A stretch of 64,000 nt of DNA from Octopus sinensis (Eukaryota), in NCBI RefSeq assembly GCF_006345805.1, contig NC_043006.1, forward strand, positions 72,726,001-72,790,000, written 5' to 3'. A program made the translations under genes and the position numbers. The stretch's first letter is position 1. Every line of letters begins with the position of its first letter. Positions 38,400 through 49,417 of this stretch are shown here, in pieces. Below the pieces are notes generated by a model. It made no database searches. It was not told where the DNA came from and was given only the letters and a program-made list of their open reading frames with translations.

Positions 38400-40030
38400 G
38401 GGAGTGGCATTTCTTCACACATTTCTCCTCATCCATCCATAGTACATGACCATACCAGAGCAAACGTCTCTCATTGTGTCTAATTCCTCTTATGCCTAGC
38501 TTTTCTTTCAATACACTTACATTACACATCCTGCGGAGTATACTAGCGTTAGTGCCCCAGCACAACTGCAGTCCAATGACAGATACAAATAAAAAAGATA
38601 AAAAGCAAAAAAAAAAGAACTATATAACTATGTAGGAATATGAACTAAAAAAGACAAAACATAAAACTGGATACAGAAAGTCACACAACCTAGCACTCAA
38701 TTTTCTTTGACAACTGTCCTCGTTTCAGTATAATTGTATAATTATATCGATTCAGAGGAGATTCAGAATCTGCACATTGATTTACACAGATTAAATACAT
38801 TAAAATAGGTCAAGATTTCCTCTACAAACATACCACATGTCTTCCTTTCGCTTTGAACTTATAAAATCAATGCATTTATTATATTGAAATAGAAGATATA
38901 AAAAAATTCCTTATATATGTATATATCATCATCATTATTATTATTATCATCATCATCATCATCATCGTCATTTAATGTCCGTTGTTTGTGCTGGCATGGG
39001 TTGGACAGTTTGACCAGAGCTAGTAAGCTGAGGGGCTGCACCAGACTACCGTCTTTTTTTTAAACATGGTTTCTATGGCTGGATGCCCTTCCCAATGCCA
39101 ATTGCTCTGAGAGTGTAATGGGTGTTTTTATGTGCTACCAGCATGGATGCCAGTTGCATGACACCAGTATCTGCCACAACTGTGATTTTCACTTGGTTTG
39201 ACGGGTCTTCTCAAGCACACCATATTACCAAAGGTCTTGGTCATATGTTATTGCCTCTGTGAGGCCCAACGTTCAAAAGGTACTTTTTACGTGCCAGTCA
39301 GGAGGCACAGGCATTGGCCATGACTATGATTTCACTTAACTCAACAGTTCTTCTCAAACACAGCATGTTGCCCAATGACTGAAGGGTACTTTTAAATGGG
39401 CCGGTTATGCAACACTGTTATCGGCCACAGCTATGATGTCACTTGGCTTGTCAAATTGTCTCAAGCACAGCATATCTCCAAAGGTCTCAATTGCTTGTCA
39501 TTGCCTCTGCGAGTCCCAATGTTCAAAGGTCACACTTCACCAACCTTATCTCATGTCTTCCTGGGTCTATTTCTTCCACTGGTTCCCATAACTGTTAGGG
39601 TGTGACACTTCTTCACACAGCTGTCCTCATTCATACGCAACACATAACCATACCAGTGCAGTTGTCTCTTTTGTACACCACATCTGATGCTTCTTATGTC
39701 CAACTTTTCTCTCTCAGGGCGCTTACACTCTGTCGTGTATGCACACTGGCATTACACATCCAGTGGAGCATACTAGCTTCATTTCTTTCAAACCTGCACA
39801 TGTCCTCAGCAGTCACAACCCATGTTTCACTGCAGTGTAGCATGGCTGTTTGCACATGTGCATCACACAGTCTACCATTCACTCTGAGTAAGAGGCCCTT
39901 TGTTACTAGCAGAGGCAGGAGCTCTCTGAACTTTGTCCAGGCTATTCTTATTCTAGCAGCTATGCTCTCAGAGCATCCACTGACTTGGTCACCTAGGTAA
40001 TGGAAGCTATCAACTACTTCTGGACACTTG
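38400..40030 (-). mobile_element. RTE-clade LINE 3' fragments (38400-38570 and 39560-40030)
   Basis: VVDSFHYLGDQVS...ARIRIAWTKFRELLPLL...MLHCSETW and LKEKLGIRGIRHNERRLLWYGHVLWMDEE are typical of the RTE RT C-terminus. Confidence 0.75.
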
Positions 40031-40039
40031 AACAATTCT

Positions 40040-40270
40040 TAATTCTTTATTGCTCACAAGGGGCTAATCATAGAGGGGACAAACAAGGACACATGGTTTA
40101 AGTTGATTACATCGACCCCCAGTGCGTAACTGGTACTTAATTTATCGACCCCGAAAGGATGAAAGGCAAAGTCGACCTTAGCGGAATTTGAACTCAGAAC
40201 GTCAAGACAGACGAAATACCATTAAACATTTCGCCTGGCGTGCTAACATTTCTGCTAGCTTGCCAACACT
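40040..40270 (-). mobile_element. SINE with Meta-domain-like core
   Basis: Reverse complement contains GTCGACTTTGCCTTTCATCCTTTCGGGGTCGATAAATTAAGTACCAG. Other copies lie at about 56100-56500 (-, two) and 59165-59385 (+). The domain name is from recall. Confidence 0.6.
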
Positions 40271-40831
40271 TGAACAATTCTGCCAACCCACTGCCCTAGA
40301 TTGGTATTGTTTTTCTTTTTTCAACCCAGAAAAGATGGAAAGCAAAGTTGAACTTAATGAGATACGAACTTATAGTACAGAGAACTGCAACAAATGTCAC
40401 AAGGCAATCTATACAACACTCTAACGACTCAGCCAATTCTCCGTTACTTGCAACAGAACAAACTCTGTTGAAGGCACTCAATGTCTGGTGCTAAATCAGT
40501 TAATAGATTATATTAGTGACCCAAGAACCCAAATGGTACCCTTGATGAGCTTGAATAATGTGTGCAAATAAATTTTAGTCAGAAAACTTTTGTCAAACCA
40601 AGGTTGTAGTAAAAAGACTAGCTCAAGGTACTACTTGGTGAGATTGAACCTGAAATTATGTAGTTGCTACGTGAAGCTTAGCCATGTCTGCATTCAGGTA
40701 AATTGAATCATCCATATTTATGTAAGCTAACCTGAAGTGTCCTAAATTCTTCTCTCTCTCTCTCTCTCTCTCTCCCACTCTCTCTCACTCTCTCTTTTTC
40801 TCTCTCCCTCACTCTCTCTCTCTCTAACTTT

Positions 40832-40865
<34 letters not shown>

Positions 40866-41833
40866 TCACACACATATTCTTTCATCATTCTTTTTTCTCA
40901 TACTGACATATCTCCTCTATTCACTCTTTCTCTCACACGTAAATATTTTCTCTTTCTGTCTCTTTCTCTTCCACACACAGTTATGCATCCTTTTTCTCTC
41001 TCTCCTCCCTTCCCTGTCTCTCCCCCCTCTCTCTCCCACAGGAATACATTGGGTGGTTGGAACAGCTGAAGAACTTCAACAAGAGAAACGACACTTTAAA
41101 TGTAACTTGTGTTTATGTCAATAAATAGAATAAATAAATATTAATGTATCATAGTATGAACACACACACACAAACACACACACACACACACACATCAGCG
41201 TATGAAAATCTTTGAATAAACTAAGTCTGAAACCAAGGATTTTAATATTATTCTCTGTAGCAGATAGTAAAGCATTTTACTTCATTTCTAAGAGCATTTC
41301 AATATGATGGGAAAGTATAAATGTCACAACTCCCACCAATTTTCTCTTTAAAAATTAGTTAGTGTATATATGTATATATGAATATATTAGTTGAAGTGAA
41401 TAATATTATATATCCTTTACGGCCAATCTTACAAATCGGTTTTGCACTGAGGGCTCAACAGGATGTTGGATAACAGCTTGGTTATGTAACCCCTCACTCT
41501 TCAGAGTAGGCAGTTATGGAAAAAAATATGTCATACACATACATATATAAATACATACATATACATACACACACACATATTTCATTTTCATCATTATCAT
41601 TTAGCAGCTGTATTCCATATTGGGTAGAGTATTGGTTGGATGGTTTGACAAGATCCAATAGGTCAAAAGATTGTGTCAAGCTTTCAATGTCTGTTTTGGC
41701 ATAGTTTCTATGGCTGGATACCTTTCTTAATGTCAAGCACTTCACATGTGTTTTTTCATGTTACCAGTGTAGTGAAATTGACCAAGTAACTTGCAAAAAC
41801 AAGACCCCTTGACTAAGGGAACTGGCTCAAACG

Positions 41834-41875
<42 letters not shown>

Positions 41876-42652
41876 TGTGTGTGTGTGTGCATGAGTGTGC
41901 GTGTGCATGTGTGTGTATATGTACAAAGGACTTCTGCACAGTTTTTGCCTATCAAATCCAATTTGAAAAGTATTTGTCAAACAACTTAAGAATAACAGAC
42001 TGAAGTAGAAGACCCTTGTTTAGGGTGCTGCATAGTGAAATCGAACCTGAAACCATGTGATTTGGAAATAGACTTCTTAAATACATACCCATACCTGCAC
42101 CTCCAAACTCAATATATATATATATCTCTCACTCCTCCTCCTCGACTCTCTCGTCACTGACATGTAACGAAAGAGAATCTATCTTTCAGCCCATTACCTT
42201 CCTAAAGACAACACGTGCTTATACTGTCTCCTCTCATAAGTTCATTTTCCTAGCGTTCAGAATAATTTTTTCTATCGTCTTGGCTTAACAACCCTCACTG
42301 TTTGTTTTTACTGTTTTGTTCTCACAGTTCTGTTCTTGTTACCACTTTCACCCTCCGCAAAAAATCCAAATTATATCTAATTTGCTTTGCGGAAAGGATT
42401 GTTTCGACAAAGTCGCATATTGTCCTTGCCTTCGAAATGTGGAGTAGATGAAACAGGGACAACTGAAGAAGGGGAATTGTTTGGTTCTTTGGAAAAAAAG
42501 TTCATTTCTATGTTTTTGTTTTTATGTTTTTGTTTCTCATTGTGTTCGACGTTTTTTTGATGTCCTGTACCCATATATGCATGTATATATACATATATAT
42601 ATGTAGGTATGTACATATATGTATGTATATATGCATATATTTATATATTATT

Positions 42653-42694
<42 letters not shown>

Positions 42695-43062
42695 TCTCCA
42701 TTACTACCACCTATGATGTGATCTCATTTATATATCCACTATTTTGAGCTATGCTAATTTTAAGGATCTTGGCACACAGCTTTGCTTCTGTAAGATGAAG
42801 TGCTTTTATTTGCTTTTATTAAGAATTGCAACCCTTTTATCTATTATTAGAATACCTGATAAGTGTAAGAATTACAATTGCTGACAAAGCTTTCACAGAA
42901 ATATTTGTGAATAGATTATATATCTTATGTCATATGAGAATATTTTAAAATGGTTATATATATATGTTGCATAATTAGATAGATAGATGGATATATTGCG
43001 AGATAGATAACACTAACAGACAGGCATGTAGGCAGGTGGACAGCCAGAGAGACAGATAGGTT

Positions 43063-43145
<83 letters not shown>

Positions 43146-43257
43146 TGATATAGATAGATAGTTAGATAGATAGATAACCAGCCAGGCAGAAGCACAGATA
43201 GACAGATGGAAGTATGGACAAATGGATAGATAGATAGATGGATAGACAGACAGACAT

Positions 43258-43313
<56 letters not shown>

Positions 43314-44189
43314 TTAGATAGGTAGATAGATAGACAGACAAACAGACAGCCAGACAAACAGACAACTAGACAAACAAACAGCCAGATAACCGGACAGATA
43401 GATAGATGGACAGATTGAGCAGTATTATCTTGCAACCCCCATTTTGCTTATAATGAAAATAAAATTATCTCTTGGGCTGTGGTAGATTTATTTAATGTAT
43501 AAGAGTGGGTTGGGCATAGAAGTTAGGTTAGTGCTCCCCAAAGTCCCACAAGCACCAGGTGTATGAAATAATTAAATAATTATGTTTATGTTTTGTGTGT
43601 AAATATATTTATATGTATATACTTATATATATGCACATCCGTACATAAATGTGTGTGTGTGTCTACACATACATATATGGATATATATGCATTCATGTAT
43701 ATGTATGAGCTTCCTATATTTATATATTACCAAGGCTATGTGGCTAAAAAGCTTGCTTCCCAACCACTTGATTCCAGGTTCAATAACACTGCATGGCACC
43801 TTGGGCAATTGTCTTCTACAATAACCCCTATTCCCTGAGCCGACTAATGCCTTTAGTATGGATTTGGTTGACAGAAATGGAAAGAAGCTTATCATATAGG
43901 CATAGGAGTGGCTGTGTAGTAAGTAGCTTGTTTACGAACCACATGGTTCAGGGTTCAGTCCCACTGCGTGACACCTTGGACAAGTGTTTTCTACTATAGC
44001 CTCGGTTTGACCAAAGCCTTGTGAGTTTGGTAGATGGAAACTGAAAGAAGCCCGTCGTATATATGTATATATATATGTGTTTATATGTTTGTGCATCTGT
44101 GTTTGTCCCCCCAACATCGCTTGACAACTGATGCTGGTGTGTTTGCGTCCCCGTAACTTAGCAGTTTGGCAAAAGAGACCGATAGAATA

Positions 44190-44477
44190 TGTGGGATGAC
44201 ATCAGCAGCCGGACGTCAGCAGCGGGGTGCGTTGACCGGAAGCTGGGGCAAGCGGAAGGGGTCAGCTGTCAAGCGTGCGCAGGGGGCGGAAATTGACCTT
44301 TCCAACGTGGGTCGTGCTGGTGACAAGACGTGCGAGGACGACGCTAAGGGTTTGGGGCTAGCAGCTGCTATCGTTAGTGTTCGGGTAGGGTGAGGAAGGA
44401 CCAGTCATCTCTGGAGGATCTCCGTCACCACGAAGAGAAGGTAGGTGCCTCTATATTCAAATCGCACACTCACTACA
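44190..44477 (+). repeat. 5' LTR (288 bp)
   Basis: Differs from the 3' LTR by 7 transitions and a 4-nt G-run indel (manual alignment). Confidence 0.95.
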
Positions 44478-44489
44478 AGCTATTTTGGC
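44478..44489 (+). promoter_or_regulatory. Putative primer-binding site complementary to tRNA-Phe(GAA) nt 1-12
   Basis: AGCTATTTTGGC directly abuts the LTR. The reverse complement of the conserved metazoan tRNA-Phe 5' end GCCGAAATAGCT is AGCTATTTCGGC, an 11/12 match whose single difference is CG to TG. No canonical TGG-type PBS is adjacent to the LTR. Confidence 0.6.
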
Positions 44490-44522
44490 AGTTCGTAAAC
44501 ATTCTCATTTTTTTTCAACACG

Positions 44523-45287
44523 ATGTCTGCAAAAATTAGGATCGCCAGTGACGTCGTCAGACCTTTTAACGGCGAAGGCGATGTAGTGGCTTGGATTCGG
44601 AAAATCAGGCTGGTGGCGAGACTGCAGGGCATAAGCGACGTGGCGAGTCTTATGGCGCTGTATTTAGAAGGGAGTGCGTTGTCGCTTTACCTAGAGATGG
44701 ATGAAGAGGAACGGCTCTGCGATGAGAATATAGAGCGGCGCTTGTGTGACGCATACACGGAATGCGAGTACACAGCTTTCGCTAAGCTAGGTGCAATCAG
44801 GTGGACAGGAGGCCAGGTGGATGATTTTGCATCGGAAGCTAGAAGGCTAGCGACTCTGGCCGGTTTTGCCAGAGAAGGACTGGAGAGAGCAGCCCGACTG
44901 GTGTTCGTGAATGGGTTCCCCGACGATGTAGGGATTCACCTACAACGACTGCCCGGGGTCAAAAAGATGCCATTGAGCGAACTTGTAGCTCATGCTCGCG
45001 CGTTGACGAGACACTCTGGGCAGAAGGCGATAGCAATGGTGGTGACGGAGGCGCGTAAAGACGGACGACGTCCCGAGAAAGAGGTACAGAAGCTCACTGT
45101 GCAACGAGAGCGGCCGTTCTCAGGACGGTGTTTTAGATGCCAGGGACCGCACATGGTGCGGGACTGTATGCAGTCGGGGCCCGTTTGCTATCGATGCAGG
45201 TAGACAGGGCACATTGCCCGTGATTGCGGCCAGGGAAACGACCGCGGGGAAGTTGCTGCCTCTCGAACTTTCCCCTCAAACGAGTAG
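44523..45287 (+). pseudogene. gag: gag with two CCHC zinc knuckles and a premature stop
   Basis: MSAKIRIASDVVRPFNG...CFRCQGPHMVRDC...CYRCR*TGHIARDC. Premature TAG at 45201-45203; natural stop at 45285-45287. Confidence 0.9.
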
Positions 45288-45292
45288 AGGCG
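45233..45292 (+). promoter_or_regulatory. -1 programmed ribosomal frameshift signal (G GGA AAC plus H-type pseudoknot)
   Basis: Slippery heptamer at 45233-45239 in gag-frame register, then a 6-nt spacer. Stem 1 GGGGAAGTT / AACTTTCCCC (45246-45275). Loop GCCTCT (45258-45263) is complementary to AGAGGC (45286-45291). pol is in the -1 frame. Confidence 0.8.
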
Positions 45293-48080
45293 CTATTGGA
45301 GACGCTGCCATTGATTGACGTGGAGGCCGAGGGGGAGACGTTCAAGGCCCTTGTGGATACGGGCTGTACGACCACCCTGGTGATTTCGAGGGTGACGAAG
45401 GAATGGAACGGGGTGTGTAGTGTCTGGGCGGTCGACGGAAGCAAAATCCGTTGCAGAGGCAGCAGCAAGGTAGAGATAGTGGTGCGCGGCGCGATGCTAA
45501 GGCTACAGGCAATTGTGGTCGAACGCGTGATAAATGGAGTTGATGTGGTGATGGGGATGGACGCCATCAACTGTCTCGGTGGCGTCAGTGTTGTGAGAAA
45601 TGAGGTCACGTTCGGAAGCGTGAGGGCGTCGTGCACTGCGAGTCAGGATCGCCAGAGGGAGCAGAGCCCCGCGAGGGACTGCGCCGCTTACACCATCGAG
45701 GACAAAGACTTTCAGGCGGCGTTCGATGGTCAGCGGTGGACGATAGAGTGGAAATGGAAGGACGAGCCCCCGACACTGGAGAACAGGGTGAGCTGTTACC
45801 AGCATACCCTGAAAGGCCACGCCAGGGTTGAGTTTGAAGACGAGGTGGAGAGGTGGATCGAGAAAGGGGTCCTTGTCCCTTGGAAGGAGGAGGTAGTGGG
45901 CGGAGTGCTACCCCTGATGGCGGTGGTGCAGCCTACGAAGGGAAAAGTCAGACCGGTGCTGGACTTCAGGGAGCTAAACCAGCACATATCGTGTCACACG
46001 GGAGGTGAGGCGACAGACGTTTGTGGTGAGGCATTACGTAAGTGGAGACAGTCGACTGAGGCAGCGACGATTGTCGACTTGCGATCGGCATACTTGTGAG
46101 CGACAAACTATGGCGATATCAGCTGGTGTGGTACAAGGGCCGGACGTACTGTCTAACCAGGCTGGGTTTCGGGCTGAATTCCACTCCGATGATCATGGCG
46201 GCAGTGCTTAGGTCCGTCCTAGGGAAAGACGGCAAAATTAGAAAGGCCACCAGCTCCTACATTGACGACATTTTGGTGGCCGAAACTGTAGTGCCAGCCG
46301 ACGAGGTAGTTAGACATCTGGAGAAGTTCGGACTGATTGCTAAGCCACCGGAGTCGATTGAAGGGGGAGCCGCGCTGGGGCTGAAGCTGCGAAGAGATAG
46401 ATCAGGTGAATTGGTGTTCCAGAGAGGAAATGAAATCCCAGAGCTGAGTTCCATCGTCAGCAGGAGAGAGCTGTTCTCGGTGTGTGGGAAGTTGGTCGGT
46501 CACTACCCGATAGCTGGATGGCTGCGCACGGCGTGTAGCTACACCAAGAGACGAGCAAAAGGAGAGAGGTGGGGCGACAAGGTGGGAGAAGGGACGGTGG
46601 CGATGATGCAGGAGATCCTAGAGAGGACAAGAGCGGAAGACCCGGTCAGGGGGAACTGGTACGTGCCCAAGACGAAATGCGGGACCGTCTGGTGTGATGC
46701 TAGCAGTATAGCGATAGGGGTGGTGTTGGCAATCGAAGGCACTGCGGTGGAGGACACGGCCTGGCTTCGGAAAGCAGATGATTTCAACCACATCAATGTC
46801 GCCGAATTAGATGTGCTGCTGAAAGGGGTGAACTTGGCCTTGAAATGGGGGCTGCGCACGATTGAAATGCGGACGGATTCGGCCACTGTGCTTGGCTGGG
46901 TAGGATCGGTGATCACCGGTGACAGGAGAGTGCGGACGAAAGGTGCTGCGGAGATGTTAGTGAAGTGCCGTCTAGGAGTTCTAGGTGAATTGATCGCCGA
47001 ATTCGGACTGAAGCTGAACGTGGTTTTCGTGCCTTCGGAGAAAAACAAGGCGGACGTACTGACCAGGGTGAAAAGGGCGTGGTTGGAAGAACCGGAAAGG
47101 GATAGCTGCGGCGTGTCGATTGGATGACTCTGAACTGAAGAAACTGCACGCTATGCATCACCTGGGTGTGGACAGGACCCTGTATCTGGCAAAAAAAATT
47201 GATGCTGACGTCACCAGGAGAAGCGTCCGGAAGGTGGTCGGGAGCTGCGACAGGTGTCAGTCCATCGACCCTGCTCCGTGTGGGCATGAACAGGGAAGCC
47301 TTTCCGTGGAGCAGAACTGGAAAAGGCTAGCTGTGGATGTGACACATTACCGCCAGCGAATGTACCTCTCCATGGTCGACTGTGGGCCGGGCCGGCTGGC
47401 CATTTGGAGGGAGTTGAGATCGGGCATTGCTGACGAGATCATGCAGATCCTGAACGGGATATTTTTAGAGAGAGGTCCCGTGGAAGAACTACTGATGGAC
47501 AACGGGGCGGCGTTTCGTTCGGAAGCATTGAGGGTTATGCTTGATCGGTGGAACGTGCGACGCTTGTTCAGAGCAGCGTATAGGCCGGGCGGTAACGGGC
47601 TCGTGGAGAGGCACCATCGGACAGTCAAGGCCATAGCGGAAAGGGCACATTTCGCTGCTTGAAGCAGTTTTTTGGTACAACTTGTCTCCCCGATCCGGAC
47701 AAGCTGAGGAATCTGTGCTGCAGAGAGCTGTGTTCAAATATGAATGGAGGCACCCGAGCAAAGCGCCGGAGGGTCACGAGGAAGAGAAGGGACCTGTTCG
47801 CGTGAAAATAGGGGAGGAAGTCTGGGTCAAGCCACCAAAGGCGCGCTGTACGTCTCAACGGAGCAGAGGAACGGTGACGGCGATCAATTCCAGAAGCAAC
47901 GTATCCGTAGATGGCACACCACGACATGTCTTGGACCATCGCAGGATTGTTGCTTCGACGGACGATGATTCAGGAGAGGGGGAGAATGAGGAGCCCAGCT
48001 TGAGAAGATCTTGACGAGTAAGGCGCTCTCCCGGTTGGATGGTAGACTACAACATGGAGCGGAGAGATTGTGATCTTTAA
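45233..48080 (+). pseudogene. pol: pol (protease, RT, RNase H, integrase) with frameshifts and a stop
   Basis: PR ALVDTG; RT VLDFRELN, VDLRSAY and YIDDILV; RH WCDAS, VAELD, TDS and NKAD; IN HHLG..CDRC, AVD, MDNG and GLVER. Frameshifts near 46097, 47120 and 47650; TGA at 48012-48014. Confidence 0.92.
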
Positions 48081-48093
48081 GATCAGGGTGGCG

Positions 48094-48385
48094 TGTGGGA
48101 TGATGTCAGCAGCCGGACGTCAGCAGTGGGGTGCGTTGACCGGAAGCTGGGGCAAGCGGAAGGGGTCAGCTGTCAAGCATGCGCAGGGGGGGGGCGGAAA
48201 TTGACCTTTCCAACGTGGGTCGTGCTGGTGACAAGACGTGCGAGGACGACGCTAAGGGTTTGGGGCTAGCAGCTGCTATCGTTAGTGTTCGGGTAGGGTG
48301 GGGAAGGACCAGTCATCTCTGGAGGATCTCCGTCACCACGAAGAGAAGGTAGGTGCCTCTATATTCAAATCACACATTCACTACA
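48094..48385 (+). repeat. 3' LTR (292 bp), preceded by a purine-rich tract
   Basis: AAGATCAGGGTGGCG at 48079-48093 lies immediately 5' of TGTGGG. Confidence 0.95.
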
Positions 48386-48448
48386 GAATAAGTACTAGGC
48401 TTCCAAAGAATAACTCAAACAAGTAAAAGAGTAAATATATATATATGG

Positions 48449-49417
48449 ATTAGAAGCAGCTCAAGGTATATAAACAAAATTGAACACACATACACAAGGA
48501 GTGTGTGTTGTTTGATCATGGGTCAGCTGCAGTTTTTAGGCATAAGAAAATATATTTTCTACGTGCCTGGTGTAAAAAACAGCTGAAAATAAGTCACAGT
48601 CAAGCAAGATAACTCACATCAGATCTGTAACAAAGATGAAAGGTCTGGAACACTTGAGGGGTGCAGGTCTTATCCTGTTACATTAAATTATTTGTTGAAG
48701 GAAAACCAAGACTTCGAATATCTTCAACAGCATAAATAATATTTATTTTTCTGGATTCGCAATAATATATATACATATATTTCCTTCAGGGCGAACCGGT
48801 AGCCATTGGGAGCTAGTCACAGTTGTTAAATTGTGTGAGCCAAATGCTGTCTTGTTCCAGCGTAGAGTAGCTTCGCCACGTGTTGGTTTGCTTGGGAGAG
48901 CCGTGAGGATGCGTCCATTCAATTCGGCTGCAGCTTCGAAAGAGAGCGATACAGCGGGAAATCTTCCTGTTGCTAGTTCTCTGTGCATGCACATGAGGGA
49001 ACTTCCAGCAGCCTACCGGAAGAAATCAAACTCTGTGCATGTCCACTGAAGACTTCCAAAATGGCGTCACTACAGATCTTATCTCATAGCGACAGACATT
49101 GATGTTTCGTCATTGTTTTGACTTATCAATGCCATATACTCAACAAGGTCCCCTGCAAGGTATATCGCTAACTATGACTACATGCTAAAAGGTTTAGACA
49201 CCATCTGCTAGCATGTCTCAACGCTTCATACCACAGAAGAAATTCAAATAGGAATTAGAAGTAGCTTGAGGTATATAAACAACATTGAACACACATACAC
49301 AGGGTATGTGTGTTGTTAGTTCGTGGGTTGGCTGTGGTTTTTCAGCATAAGAAAATATAATATTCTCTATGTGCCTGGAGTAAAAAGACAGCTGAAAGTA
49401 AACCATGGTCAAGCAAG
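48449..49417. repeat. Diverged direct repeat of about 160 bp (48449-48608 and 49254-49417)
   Basis: ATTAGAAG...GTCAAGCAAG alignable over the whole length with roughly one difference in five, mostly transitions (estimated by eye). Confidence 0.8.
48790..49160. promoter_or_regulatory. CpG-rich, non-repetitive segment; candidate promoter or first exon
   Basis: Locally high CpG content in an AT-rich background, with CCGGAAG (ETS-like, about 49016), CAAAATGGCG (YY1-like, about 49057) and a GTTGCTAG half X-box. No convincing ORF. Confidence 0.4.

Larger units (their letters stand above)
44190..48385 (+). mobile_element. Full-length, disrupted Ty3/Gypsy LTR retrotransposon (4196 bp)
   Basis: TG...CA LTRs at 44190-44477 and 48094-48385, with a 5-bp TSD GAATA at 44185-44189 and 48386-48390. 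Domain order is gag-PR-RT-RH-IN. Inserted into a SINE. Confidence 0.97.

Noticed and set aside
42440-42500. Additional hammerheads near 42460, 52230 and 56860
   Set aside because: Only partial CTGAAGA- or GAAAC-like words are present, without stems in register; too decayed to support.
44486-44503. TGGCAGTTCG... as a conventional tRNA-3'-end PBS
   Set aside because: It starts 8 nt from the LTR end, and its complement does not resemble a tRNA acceptor/T arm that I recognise.
45133-47939. Antisense ORFs within the Gypsy element
   Set aside because: They are expected shadows of GC-rich coding sequence and show no recognisable domains.
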